Shown here piece after piece: positions 1 through 10,900 of a stretch of DNA of 64,000 nt. Where the stretch lies: the IMG/VR virus record IMGVR_UViG_3300031994_000015, positions 94,276-158,275 of that record, one strand, 5' to 3'. Position numbers and translations under genes: made by a program. Each line of letters starts with the position of its first letter. The stretch's first letter is position 1. Source of the stretch: a virus (taxonomy: Duplodnaviria > Heunggongvirae > Uroviricota > Caudoviricetes). The notes below the pieces were generated by a model. The model saw only the letters and a program-made list of their open reading frames with translations. It had not been told where the DNA came from and ran no database searches.

Positions 1-3000
1 TAGCTATCCAATGTAATATCTCTTCTTTAGTTACAGATGGATTTTCTTTAGCCCATTTTTGTGCATCAACAATAAATTTATATACTGGGAAATCTATACG
101 CTTTTTACGTCTATTAACTTCTATTAATACAAATTTACGAATACGGTTTAATTTAGTATAATTTATCTTATTTTGTTTTTTATCTACACAATAATCAAAT
201 ATATCATGAATAGTATCACAATCATAAAATCTATAAAGACCAATGACAATAGGTAGATTTTTCTCTAATATTTCAATACTCTCTACATAAAGATTATTCT
301 CTTCACGAACTTCTCTAAATTCATCATCTTTGAATATAGCATAGTCACCTTTTAATAATTCTTTATATGTATCAATATTTCCATCATTAAGATGGTCTAA
401 GAAATTAAATGTTTGTTTAGTCCAATAATCAAATCTAAGATGACGACATGCTTTAAGATATTCTTCCAACCACTGTAATTTATCTTCTGGTACTCTTTCA
501 TCACTATCAACAGTTGTTGTATGATATCCATAATATTGCATACCTTTAATCATCATAGGTAATTGCTTTGAATAATCTGAATATCTTTCTTCAAATACTC
601 TAAGTTTATATGTGGTCTCATCAATATAATATCTACAATCATTCTCATCATATTTTAAATACTTGTTAGCACCTAATAATGATTGAATAAGTGGGTTATA
701 TTTTGACTCTTCTTGATTTCTATCAAGCATATCATTACAAGTTCTAATCAAGTCTCTTGCTATCAATAAATCTTTCTGAGATATTGATAAGTCTAATGGG
801 TGTGGATGATAATAATCTATTGGAAAACCAGTAGAATCTTCTTTCTCTAAGAACAATTTAACAAACAAATCATTATTACGAAGTCTATTTGCAAACTGTT
901 CAATATCTTGAGCTATCCATGGTTCATTAAAATATACACTAAATGTATATCTATCACAAATATCAACCCCAACAGAAAGATATGATGTACAGAACACTAT
1001 ATCATTATTTCCAATAGTCTTATCTACATTAATATTTTCCATTGTCTCTTCACCATAATTAGACTTCTTGTAATAGAATGCTCTAACTTTATTTGGATAT
1101 TTCATAATGTCAAGAAATTCTTGAATAAGACCTACAACTTGTTCAAAATAAAGATTACCACGATTGGTTGGGTACAATATCTTCTTTCCTTCTGTGATGT
1201 CTTTAGCCATTGACTTAGCCATCTCAATGAGTTTTTCATATTTAGTAGGAACTGTTCTGATTTCAAACTCTTTTTGTCTGAAATCTTCTTTGATTACTTT
1301 AATATGTTTAATTCCCGGAAAGAACAATAATTCACCTGTTGGTGTTCCTGTCATCATAATGATTTTTGCCTTACAATTAGCCAATCTTTGAATAGTTGGT
1401 GTCATAACATCTCTATATGAACTTGTAAACAATAAGTGGGACTCATCAATTACAATATATTCAAAATTTGCTTGGTCTAATTCCATTACATTCAATCTTG
1501 AAAATTTATCAATTGTCATTGACATATTCTTATTTCCAAGAATTTCATCTAAAGTTGGCCTCTTGTTTCCATAATAATATAACCAATCAGAAGTCTTCTC
1601 ATCAGCTTCAACTTTCGCTTTAATAGTTGATGTGAATGGTAATATAAGGATTGTCTTTGCTTTTAATGACTTAATCATTTCTGTTTTACCATATCCTGCA
1701 CCTGCTTCTAATAAGGTAATATGAGAAAGATTTTTCATAATATCATCCTTGATATCAGAAAGATATTGATTTGCTTTCAAATGAAGTTCAACATGTTCTG
1801 TATTGTCATTCAATACTTTAATTGGATCTTCACCTTGATTCTCATCTTTATTATTTATTGTCTCTTCAAGTTTTTCAATTTCTTTCTTATATAAATCATC
1901 TGACTTGATTTTAAGATTAAATCCATGTTGTGAATTTAATTCTTTTATAGCCCATGTCGAAATTGGCTTATTATGTATTGAAGCGGTCTTTACATCACCA
2001 GCAAGCTCTCTTTTTGTTGTACCTTTACAAATTTCCACCATCATCTTTAATGCATCATCATATCCATATATAGATGTTAATGTATTTGCCAATTGCCAAC
2101 GTTGAGCATGTTTGTAGTGTTTTCTACCTAAACTTTTTGACTCATCTCTATCATTAATACCAGTAATTGTACCAATATCAATATCATCTGTCTCTTTATC
2201 AGTATTAAACCATTCCAGTTTATGAAAAATATCTTTTAAATCAGGATGAGAAATCCAGTTAATTGACTCTACACCACTTACAAAAGCAGATTCAAAATTA
2301 ACATCAAGACGCAAATCTTTAAAATTCATATTCATTAAAGCTTTATCATCTGATGATATGAAAATACCTTGTTGTGGTTTAGCCATTGCCATATCCATAT
2401 ATTCAAATATCTTTTCTTTAGTATATTTGAATTCTTGCATATATTTAGTCAATACAATATATACATAAGAATATTTATGCCTAAAATTACAAAGATATTC
2501 AATTTTACGATTACTTGATTCTATAGATAAAGGAGTGATTTTAGTCCAAACATGTAAACCCTTTTTAGAAGCGGATTTACAAATACCTAAAAACCAATTA
2601 TATTTCTTAAGTTCATCAAAAATAACAGTTTTTAGTTTATCAGTAATTTCTGCATTTTTTATATCAAGGTCAATAATCTGCAAACCATTCCACATATTAA
2701 ATGACCCATTACCTATAGGACGAATATTAGCACTTGTAGAATATACAACTTTTCTATTTGCTTTTTCTACTTTTGAATAAGATGGATTTATCAATAATTT
2801 ATAAATATCTCCCCAGTTCCAAACCAAACCTTGTTTTTCATAAATACTGTTAATTACAAGACACTCTAATAATTGTAATTGATCATTATAGAAATTTAAT
2901 TGTTCTTCTTTTGTACACTCTAGAAAATTATAAGAAGAATAACTAAATTCTTCTTTTGTCTCATTAAAATCTTTATATTCTTCTGAAATCTGTCTAAAAT

Positions 3001-3094
3001 TATTAAGAGTCTCTGTTAATGACTGCTTATCATTTTTTGAATATATTTTATTAAGTTCTGTTAAATACTTTCCTAAATTTAATACATCTGCCAT
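1..3094 (-). CDS. DNA primase-helicase fusion, partial (C-terminus lies beyond the window start): N-terminal archaeo-eukaryotic-type primase domain plus DExH superfamily-2 helicase
   Basis: Manual reverse-strand translation gives one open frame from the ATG (complement of 3092-3094) to the window edge; it was absent from the ORF track because no stop falls inside the window. Motifs: IDLDI (AEP motif I), SKKGLHVWT (AEP motif II), AGAGYGKTE (Walker A), VIDESHLL (DExH motif II), MMTGTP (motif III). Divergent from the gene at 3232. Confidence 0.7.
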   Translation of the reverse strand, partial: MADVLNLGKYLTELNKIYSKNDKQSLTETLNNFRQISEEYKDFNETKEEFSYSSYNFLECTKEEQLNFYNDQLQLLECLVINSIYEKQGLVWNWGDIYKLLINPSYSKVEKANRKVVYSTSANIRPIGNGSFNMWNGLQIIDLDIKNAEITDKLKTVIFDELKKYNWFLGICKSASKKGLHVWTKITPLSIESSNRKIEYLCNFRHKYSYVYIVLTKYMQEFKYTKEKIFEYMDMAMAKPQQGIFISSDDKALMNMNFKDLRLDVNFESAFVSGVESINWISHPDLKDIFHKLEWFNTDKETDDIDIGTITGINDRDESKSLGRKHYKHAQRWQLANTLTSIYGYDDALKMMVEICKGTTKRELAGDVKTASIHNKPISTWAIKELNSQHGFNLKIKSDDLYKKEIEKLEETINNKDENQGEDPIKVLNDNTEHVELHLKANQYLSDIKDDIMKNLSHITLLEAGAGYGKTEMIKSLKAKTILILPFTSTIKAKVEADEKTSDWLYYYGNKRPTLDEILGNKNMSMTIDKFSRLNVMELDQANFEYIVIDESHLLFTSSYRDVMTPTIQRLANCKAKIIMMTGTPTGELLFFPGIKHIKVIKEDFRQKEFEIRTVPTKYEKLIEMAKSMAKDITEGKKILYPTNRGNLYFEQVVGLIQEFLDIMKYPNKVRAFYYKKSNYGEETMENINVDKTIGNNDIVFCTSYLSVGVDICDRYTFSVYFNEPWIAQDIEQFANRLRNNDLFVKLFLEKEDSTGFPIDYYHPHPLDLSISQKDLLIARDLIRTCNDMLDRNQEESKYNPLIQSLLGANKYLKYDENDCRYYIDETTYKLRVFEERYSDYSKQLPMMIKGMQYYGYHTTTVDSDERVPEDKLQWLEEYLKACRHLRFDYWTKQTFNFLDHLNDGNIDTYKELLKGDYAIFKDDEFREVREENNLYVESIEILEKNLPIVIGLYRFYDCDTIHDIFDYCVDKKQNKINYTKLNRIRKFVLIEVNRRKKRIDFPVYKFIVDAQKWAKENPSVTKEEILHWIA

Positions 3095-3231
3095 TAACTA
3101 ATGTATGTTAATTTGATTTAAAATAGTTATTTAGAAATTATAATTTTTTAACTATAAATACAGTTTCACGAATATAGTTTTGAATATTTTAATTATTTTT
3201 AATAAATGTATAATAATTATTAGAATAATAT

Positions 3232-4086
3232 ATGAATTGTATACAACAAAATACTCAACAAAATGGTGTAAAAAGCATATCAGCAGAGGAAGCATTGAAA
3301 CTTAAAGCACAATGGGAAGACCAAGTTGATTATCAATTTATACAAAGAATTGTTCAAGAATTAACCCAATCTTGTGCTTTACCATTGCCTGTTCCAGCCG
3401 CAGCTATTCCTCCACTTATTCTTCAAGCAGCTCAATATTTCTGGGAAAATTATGATGGTGCTATTGAAGAAAGATATTATTGCATTAGAAATTCTGATAT
3501 TAATAAATGTGGTCCAAACTTAATTATTAAATTACCACCAAGAATTATTTCTGTATTTGGGGTTTATAAGACAAGCGATAATTTCCAATATGCTGTAATG
3601 GGAGACTTTTCTCTTGAACGTATGATATTAAATAATTCAGCATTAGCTTTTGGTAGTGGTGGAACATTAAGTGATGTATTTGGTAGTGGTACTGGATATA
3701 ATTTGACTGATGTTATGGGAGCACTTTATGAAGTACAAACATATAAAGCTGTTTTTGAAAGCCCATTAACATTTAACTATAATGCTTATTCTAATGATTT
3801 AGTAGTACTTGGCGCATTAGGTTATTCAAATCTTATATTACAAACATTCTTAAGATGCAAAATACAAGATTTATATAAGCTTTATTATTTCTTTAGATAT
3901 TGTGTTTGTTTAGGTAAAAAATCTATGGCTACAATTCTTGGTACATTTGAGTATAAGATGCCTGGTAATGTTGCAATAAATTATGCAAGATTTGAAGATA
4001 GTGCAGATCAAGAAATGGATAAGATAGATGAATGGTGTAATAAACAACATTCCGCTGACTATTTCTTTAATTCAAATACAATTTAA
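3232..4086 (+). CDS. hypothetical protein (Gly-rich central region GSGGTLSDVFGSGTGYNLTD)
   Basis: 284-aa ORF, first gene after the divergent intergenic region; no recognisable motif. Confidence 0.5.
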   Translation: MNCIQQNTQQNGVKSISAEEALKLKAQWEDQVDYQFIQRIVQELTQSCALPLPVPAAAIPPLILQAAQYFWENYDGAIEERYYCIRNSDINKCGPNLIIKLPPRIISVFGVYKTSDNFQYAVMGDFSLERMILNNSALAFGSGGTLSDVFGSGTGYNLTDVMGALYEVQTYKAVFESPLTFNYNAYSNDLVVLGALGYSNLILQTFLRCKIQDLYKLYYFFRYCVCLGKKSMATILGTFEYKMPGNVAINYARFEDSADQEMDKIDEWCNKQHSADYFFNSNTI

Positions 4087-4091
4087 TAAAT

Positions 4092-4436
4092 ATGAAAAAT
4101 TTAAATATATATTTACAAGAAGGTAGAACTGATTATATAGAAACTGCCAAAGAAGTTACTGATAAATTAAAGGATATGAAATGTCCTAAGGGTGGAGAGA
4201 AAATTTATATTGATTTATCAGATGATAGAAAGATTTGTATATATAATGATGATAAATCAGTATATCAATCAATTAGAGCTCATCTTGAAAAGAATGGAGA
4301 AGTAGTTGATAGGACACAAGAAGGTTGTTGGTATGGTAAAGAGCATCTTTCAGGAAAGAATGTAACTGCCGAAGAAGCATTTGATAGATTAAAACAAAGA
4401 CTTTCTAAAAATAATATTGAAATGTATAATAAATGA
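4092..4436 (+). CDS. hypothetical protein; N-terminus MKNLNIYLQEG resembles the shared N-terminal tag
   Basis: 114-aa ORF, tightly packed after the previous gene. Confidence 0.5.
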   Translation: MKNLNIYLQEGRTDYIETAKEVTDKLKDMKCPKGGEKIYIDLSDDRKICIYNDDKSVYQSIRAHLEKNGEVVDRTQEGCWYGKEHLSGKNVTAEEAFDRLKQRLSKNNIEMYNK

Positions 4437-4684
4437 ATTTATTTAACCTAATTGGTCAATATAATAAGAACATGGGTTCAACTTATGGAGATATATTAGA
4501 AAATAATTTGAATCCTGAAAATAAGTTATCTAAGGCTGAAAAGGAAATTTATAATAAATATAAATTAGGTGACATTCAAAGATTTAAGATAAATGAAAAC
4601 CATGATTTGATTGATAATGGTTCAAAAATAAATCGTCAACCACAAGAAATTTCTGGTATTGGAATAGTAACACAAATTTGTTGA
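4433..4684 (+). CDS. hypothetical protein
   Basis: 83-aa ORF with ATGA overlap to the upstream gene. Confidence 0.4.
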   Translation: MNLFNLIGQYNKNMGSTYGDILENNLNPENKLSKAEKEIYNKYKLGDIQRFKINENHDLIDNGSKINRQPQEISGIGIVTQIC

Positions 4685-4685
4685 T

Positions 4686-4922
4686 ATGGATATAAAACAA
4701 TCTTTAGAATATAGAACAGAATCATTCAAGAAATATACCTTTAATGGTGATAATAGATATGATTATGCTAAAAATGGGTTATTAAATAAAGTATTGCCTA
4801 AAATTTTATTTAAAGGTAATTCAATATTTGTGACATTTTTGCAATTGATAGATTTACGTTTAATATTAATGTTCAAGTATATAGATAAGTTAAAAACATT
4901 CAAACATATTACAAAACAATAA
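4686..4922 (+). CDS. hypothetical protein
   Basis: 78-aa ORF followed by a terminator hairpin. Confidence 0.35.
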   Translation: MDIKQSLEYRTESFKKYTFNGDNRYDYAKNGLLNKVLPKILFKGNSIFVTFLQLIDLRLILMFKYIDKLKTFKHITKQ

Positions 4923-4924
4923 AC

Positions 4925-4952
4925 AAGAGCTTAAAATTAAGCTCTTTTTTTT
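4925..4952 (+). terminator. Rho-independent terminator (stem agagcttaa/ttaagctct followed by an 8-T run)
   Basis: Inverted repeat followed by a T-run, read directly. Confidence 0.6.
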
Positions 4953-4996
4953 ATTTTTATATAACTAAAATATTAAATAGATAATATAAATAATAG

Positions 4997-7900
4997 ATGG
5001 ATTTCTTAGATAATAGTGGACATGTTTTTTCTTTACCTTCATATTCTGAAGAGCCAATAGGTCATGAATTTGAAGAAAATGATTATATATTTTGGTTAGA
5101 CAATAATGTAACTTCTTCTTTATCGGTCAATAACTATTATAGTCGTGTTATAAACCTTGTAATACCTTATGATAGTTATGAGAATATGTCATTTGATGAA
5201 TTAGTAGATATAACTATTTCTATGGATTCACATAAATTCTGGTTATTAAAACCTACAGATATACAAAACTTAGTTAATGAGACAGATAATATTTCAAATA
5301 TTGTTCATAATATAAATGCTAAAGATAATTATAGATTCAATACATTAACTAATGATGATTTATATGTTCTAACTATTTCTAATAACTATGAGAATTCTAA
5401 TCAATGGGTTAGATCAAATATGGCTGTAGTTCCTTTATATATTTTAGGAAAAGCTAAAGAAGAAGGAACTTGGATTAGTAATATATTGATTCATATAAAA
5501 GATAAATCTGAAGATTATGAATCAGTTACAGAAGATTGGGTAAGTATTAGTGTTGGTGGAATATTTAAAGATGAAAATGAAATATTGACAATCAATGGCC
5601 AAAACATGGGTATTACATTACCTAAAGAAATGTTCAGAGCAGTATACCAACAAAGTTTCTTGAATGATGAGTTTAATGAAAATCTTTATAATTTGAAGCT
5701 TAAAGAATACCTTATTAACTTTATGAACATTAAAGGAGAACAAGGTAACTTTAGATCTGCAAATAATTCATTAAAGTGGTTTGGTTATAAAGACCATCTT
5801 GTTTTAACCAAACTTATGAAAACTGATAATGATATTAAAGAACAATATGTACATGATTGGTTTAATCTTAAGACTGATCTGATTAAATCATTTAAGTATT
5901 TTAGAAATAGTACATTTGTATCTATTAAGCTTAAAGAAAATCAAGAAATAGGAGAGAGATATTTATTTAACGAAGATAAAGAAAGCAGTTTCTTTGGTGA
6001 AGGTAAACCTATTTTAGAGAATCTTTTCAAAAAGGAAATTCCAGTTAAAGTTGGTTATGATGAAGACCAATGGACATATTGGAAGCCTTATTATGATTTT
6101 ACTTTTTATGAAATGGGTTTGAAATTATCATGTTTAAAATATTACTATGAAACATATTTCTTGCCTATTCACTTAAAAGTTCATTCGGCAACTATTGCAC
6201 ACCAAGTATTTACAAATGATATCAAGTTTGATAATAAAGTTTTCAATACAGTAAGAACTGAATCAATTATCAATACAGAAGAGACATTTGAAAATAATGG
6301 AAATAATATTGAATTTAAAAGAAATATAGTTGAGTTTGATAGCAATAATGTAAGATATTTTACTCACCAAATTCATTATGTAGATGAAAACTTTAATGAA
6401 TATAAATCTTATAATGATAAAGAAAATGGAAAAACTTTTTACAAGATAGATGATACATGTTTGAGTATACCTATTAGATTTAATAATGATGTAGATAGTA
6501 ATGGTTTAAATATACCTACATATTTTAATTGTGTATTATTGTTAGAACGTGAAGGTTTAGATAATGAAACAATCAATCAATATAGATTAAATATTCTTAA
6601 TCATCCAATTAATATTTGGTATTATGACATCAATATATTAAGTAAACAAACTAAAAAACCATTAGATTTATCTAATTATGAAATTGTATTTTCAGAAATG
6701 AATCAATTTAATAAATCTGACATCATATCTAATGGTTTAGAAGGATTGAAGACATACTTAAAAACATATTTTGCAATACCTGTTTTCTCTAAATATTATG
6801 ATTTAGATAATGAAAATTATAATTTAGAGTTTGTTTATACAGATGATGGTGAATATATTCAATTATATAGGGCTTCTTTAACTCAACAAATTTTGAATAA
6901 GTTTAAAAATTATGATTCTAATATTATAAATAATTTGTTTAATATATTAGATCAATTAAGTGTTACTAAAGAAGATGAAGCTCATAATAATTTCAAATAT
7001 TTGCATATTTCTGAAACACCTATAGAATATATTGATAAAGATTGGTACATTTATATTCCACCTATTAGTCAATTCAATTTTAATCCTATGAATACAAATG
7101 ATATTTATGGGGAAATATTTATTGTACCAAAAGTAAATATTCAATTAAAATTTGACCAAACAGAAATTCATGATTTTATAATTAAGCCAAAAACAGGTAA
7201 TTCAATATCTATTAAAGACAAAATTAGAATAAACTACATACCATTAAGTAAAGTTATGTATGAATCTCATTTTAATTTTGTACAAGATAAAACACATTTA
7301 GATAGTGTATACAATTCATTTATATTATATCCTAAATATATCAATAATCAAGATATTAATTATTTCATTAATAAGAAATTTACATTGAGATTATTAGTTA
7401 ACAATCATTGGTATAAATATGATTTTGAAACTAAAATGCCGGATGTAAACTTGAAATTTGGTACATTAAAATATAAATATTATAGCACTACAGATAATTA
7501 TTATTCAAGATTTTCTCAATTGTTAGATTTAACTTCAAATTCTGTTACATTCAATTCATTTATGTATCACCCAGAATTTGTTGAAGTTAATCATATCAAT
7601 TTTTTCAAAGACTTAGATAATTATATTAAATTGAATTCATTAAAATATTTAAGTAATGATGGAGAATTATTGAAACTTAGTAATTTTAATAGATATATAG
7701 ATTATGAATATTATGATGAAGATAATAAAGTCAAAAAAATAAAAATATATATTAGTAAATTCATTACTGATAAAAAATTCTTCATCTATTTTGATACTGA
7801 TTGGTTACAAGAAGATTATACATTGTTCAAACTTATTCCTGCTCAAATAGGTTACAATTTGTTAGCTAATCGAAATGATGATTTATGTATTTTAGGAGAA

Positions 7901-10900
7901 GAGAGATATTTTGATTTTAATAAAATGTTCTTTATAAGAAATTATGATGATAACACATTTTTAGGATCATATGTATATTTCAAAATAGATAACAATAAAT
8001 GTTATAGTAATAAAATTATAAATAAATACCATGAAATATACACAGAAGCAGGTTTAGAAACTATTGGAAATGCCGAAGATTGGTTAGAAATCATAGAAGA
8101 CTTAAGAAAATATAATATTGGATATATTAATCTAAATGGTATAAGTGGTATAAATAGAATTAAAAAGCATATATATTTACCTCTTAATTCAATTACAAAT
8201 AATGAACATATTGAAATCCAAAATATTTATGACCAAGAAATTAAATATAATATCATTCCTGAGATTAATAATTTTTATAACAGATATACTGAAAAGATAA
8301 ATATCAATAATGAAAATTATCTTAATAATATTTTAATATTCAATATATTCAAGAACAATCAAATTAATAAGAATATATTTAATAGCACAATATTTGGTAA
8401 TGTAAAATTAAGTGCAAACGGTATTATGTTTTCTCATAATGATTTAGATGAGAAAATTTATTTAAAGGGAAAAGCTTTATGGAGTGAAAATATTGATTCA
8501 AAATATTTAGATTTGTATGGTTTTTATATCAACCAAAAAGATTCTCATAGAAAATATCCTTGGAGTTGGGGTTCAAAAATAAAACCTATATTAGGAAATT
8601 TAGAAGCAATACAAATACCAGGACAATTTATATATTATCAAGATTCATTAGGAAATATAATTGGTAGTAATATTAAAATTAATTATAAAAAAGAAAATTT
8701 AGCTCAAATAATTTGTAATAATATTGAAGATTTTACCCATATTGAAGATAAGTTACCAAGTGATTATAAATGGATCAATAATAATGTTCAAAAAATTAAA
8801 TATGAAAAATTTGGAAATTCTGACAATATTACTGTAACTTATAAAACTGGTGAAATAGAAACAAATAAATTTATCTTAAATGTTAAATATATTAAGATTA
8901 ATCCATTAAATGGTCAATATTCAATATTAAATGAAATTACAAATTATGATTTATATAGAATCAATTCTTCAAACAATGATGGCAACTTAGATATTAAATT
9001 ATTATGTACTATAATTAAAATCTCTGTTGTTTATGAAGAAGTTGGTGAAGAAAAAGAAATAACATTAAATGTTTCTGATGCATATTTAAGTCGTTTAGAT
9101 ACGTCAAAAAATATAATTGATAAATTAGATATTATACCTTATGGTTTTGGAAAAATAGGTAATACCAATTATATAATTGGAAAACGATATGATGAATATT
9201 ATGCTATTGATCTAAATAAATTAAAAAATGGAAAATTTGAAGGTATAAAAATATTTTGTAAAGGAAATTCACAATATTTAGATAATAGAATTTCATCAAT
9301 AATAGAAGCTGAACAACCTGGATTATATGTATATAATTATGATTATTATAGAACAAGTACTGAAAATCTTAATTTAGATAGATTAGAATCTTCATTAGAT
9401 GTAAGTAATGATGCAGGAGAATTATTAGTAGATCGTGGTTTGGCAAGATTATACAGAGTTAATTATGATAATAATATTAAATATTTGATATTCTATGAAA
9501 GAGATATTAAATATGCATATGATTTAATGTCTCAATTCTCTGATTGTAATGCCGAAAATTGTATTATTTTAGAAGATATTTATCATGATTTTAAAACTAA
9601 ACAACATGTGAATGAAGGAAATAATAATACAAGAATATTAACAAAAATGTATGATAAATTCAATAATAAAAAATCATTATTACTTAATAAAATTATATAT
9701 AGCAAAACAAATACTGATTTAAATAAAATAGATTTCAATATTTTAGATTCTAAATTTATTAGTCTTAATGATGACGATATAGTTTATGTTATATATCAAT
9801 ATCAAAATCAAGAAGATTTAAATCCAATAATTTATAAATCATACACAAAAATTGAATTAGAAGATGGAGAAAATACAATTAAAGGTATAGTAAATAACTT
9901 AAATACAACACAAAATGGCATTTATAAATATGTTATAACTAATAAATTTAATTATATTAAAAATTACATTTATACATTAACTTGGGAGACTAATATTTAT
10001 GGAGCATCAATAAATTTATTTATTTTGAAAGAAAATTCTTATGAAATTCTTAAATATAAAGATAGTGAATTTTTGATGACTGATGATATAAAATCTATAC
10101 AAATGAGTTTTGTTGTCGAAAATAATGTACAAAATACTTTTATAGATGGATATATTATACCTAAAATATTCTCAAGTAAATTAACAAATAGTTATTCACA
10201 ATTAAAATATATTCCATCATCAGATTCTAATAAATTCATAGAAATCAATATTGATGGTAATAAATATGTTTATGATGATAATACCGATGATGATAAAGTA
10301 AAATTATATAATGATTTCTTTGAAATAGATTATCTTGCTACAAAAAGAGATGAAAATGGAAGAATAAGTGAAGAAAATACTGGTACTGTATATGAGATAG
10401 AAAAATTATTTAATATTGAAAAAAATTATTTGAAATGGTCAAATAACAATCAATTTACTTGTCGAAAAATTATATCTAATACAGATTTGCATAATAACAC
10501 TATTTTAATTACTAATGGTGATGTTTATTATGAATATACACAAGTTAATGATAAAGATATTTTAGCATATTTTGATAGTTTGTCAGAATTTAATAAATAT
10601 AATTTGGTTAATTTGATTAAGTATGATTTCAGTATTAAAACATACATAGATTTTTATGATTGTCATGTTTATAAATATATAATAGATAGTACTCCTATTA
10701 ATGAAGATAATGATTGTATAATTACTGAAAACTTAGAAGAGATTAAATTACCTGATTATTTTGTAGAAGAGAATTATGTAAAAGTAATCAAACAAAAAAT
10801 CAATTTAAAGAAATTCTTTGATTATGACTTCTATTTAATGCATGACTATGATTATTGGTATGGTGTATTTATATCTAAAGAAGTTATATCTAAGAACATT

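Noticed and set aside
1164-2780. Three small plus-strand ORFs (1164-1391, 1905-2105, 2535-2780)
   Set aside because: They lie antisense inside the long minus-strand primase-helicase reading frame, and their composition is low-complexity and hydrophobic, typical of shadow ORFs in AT-rich DNA.
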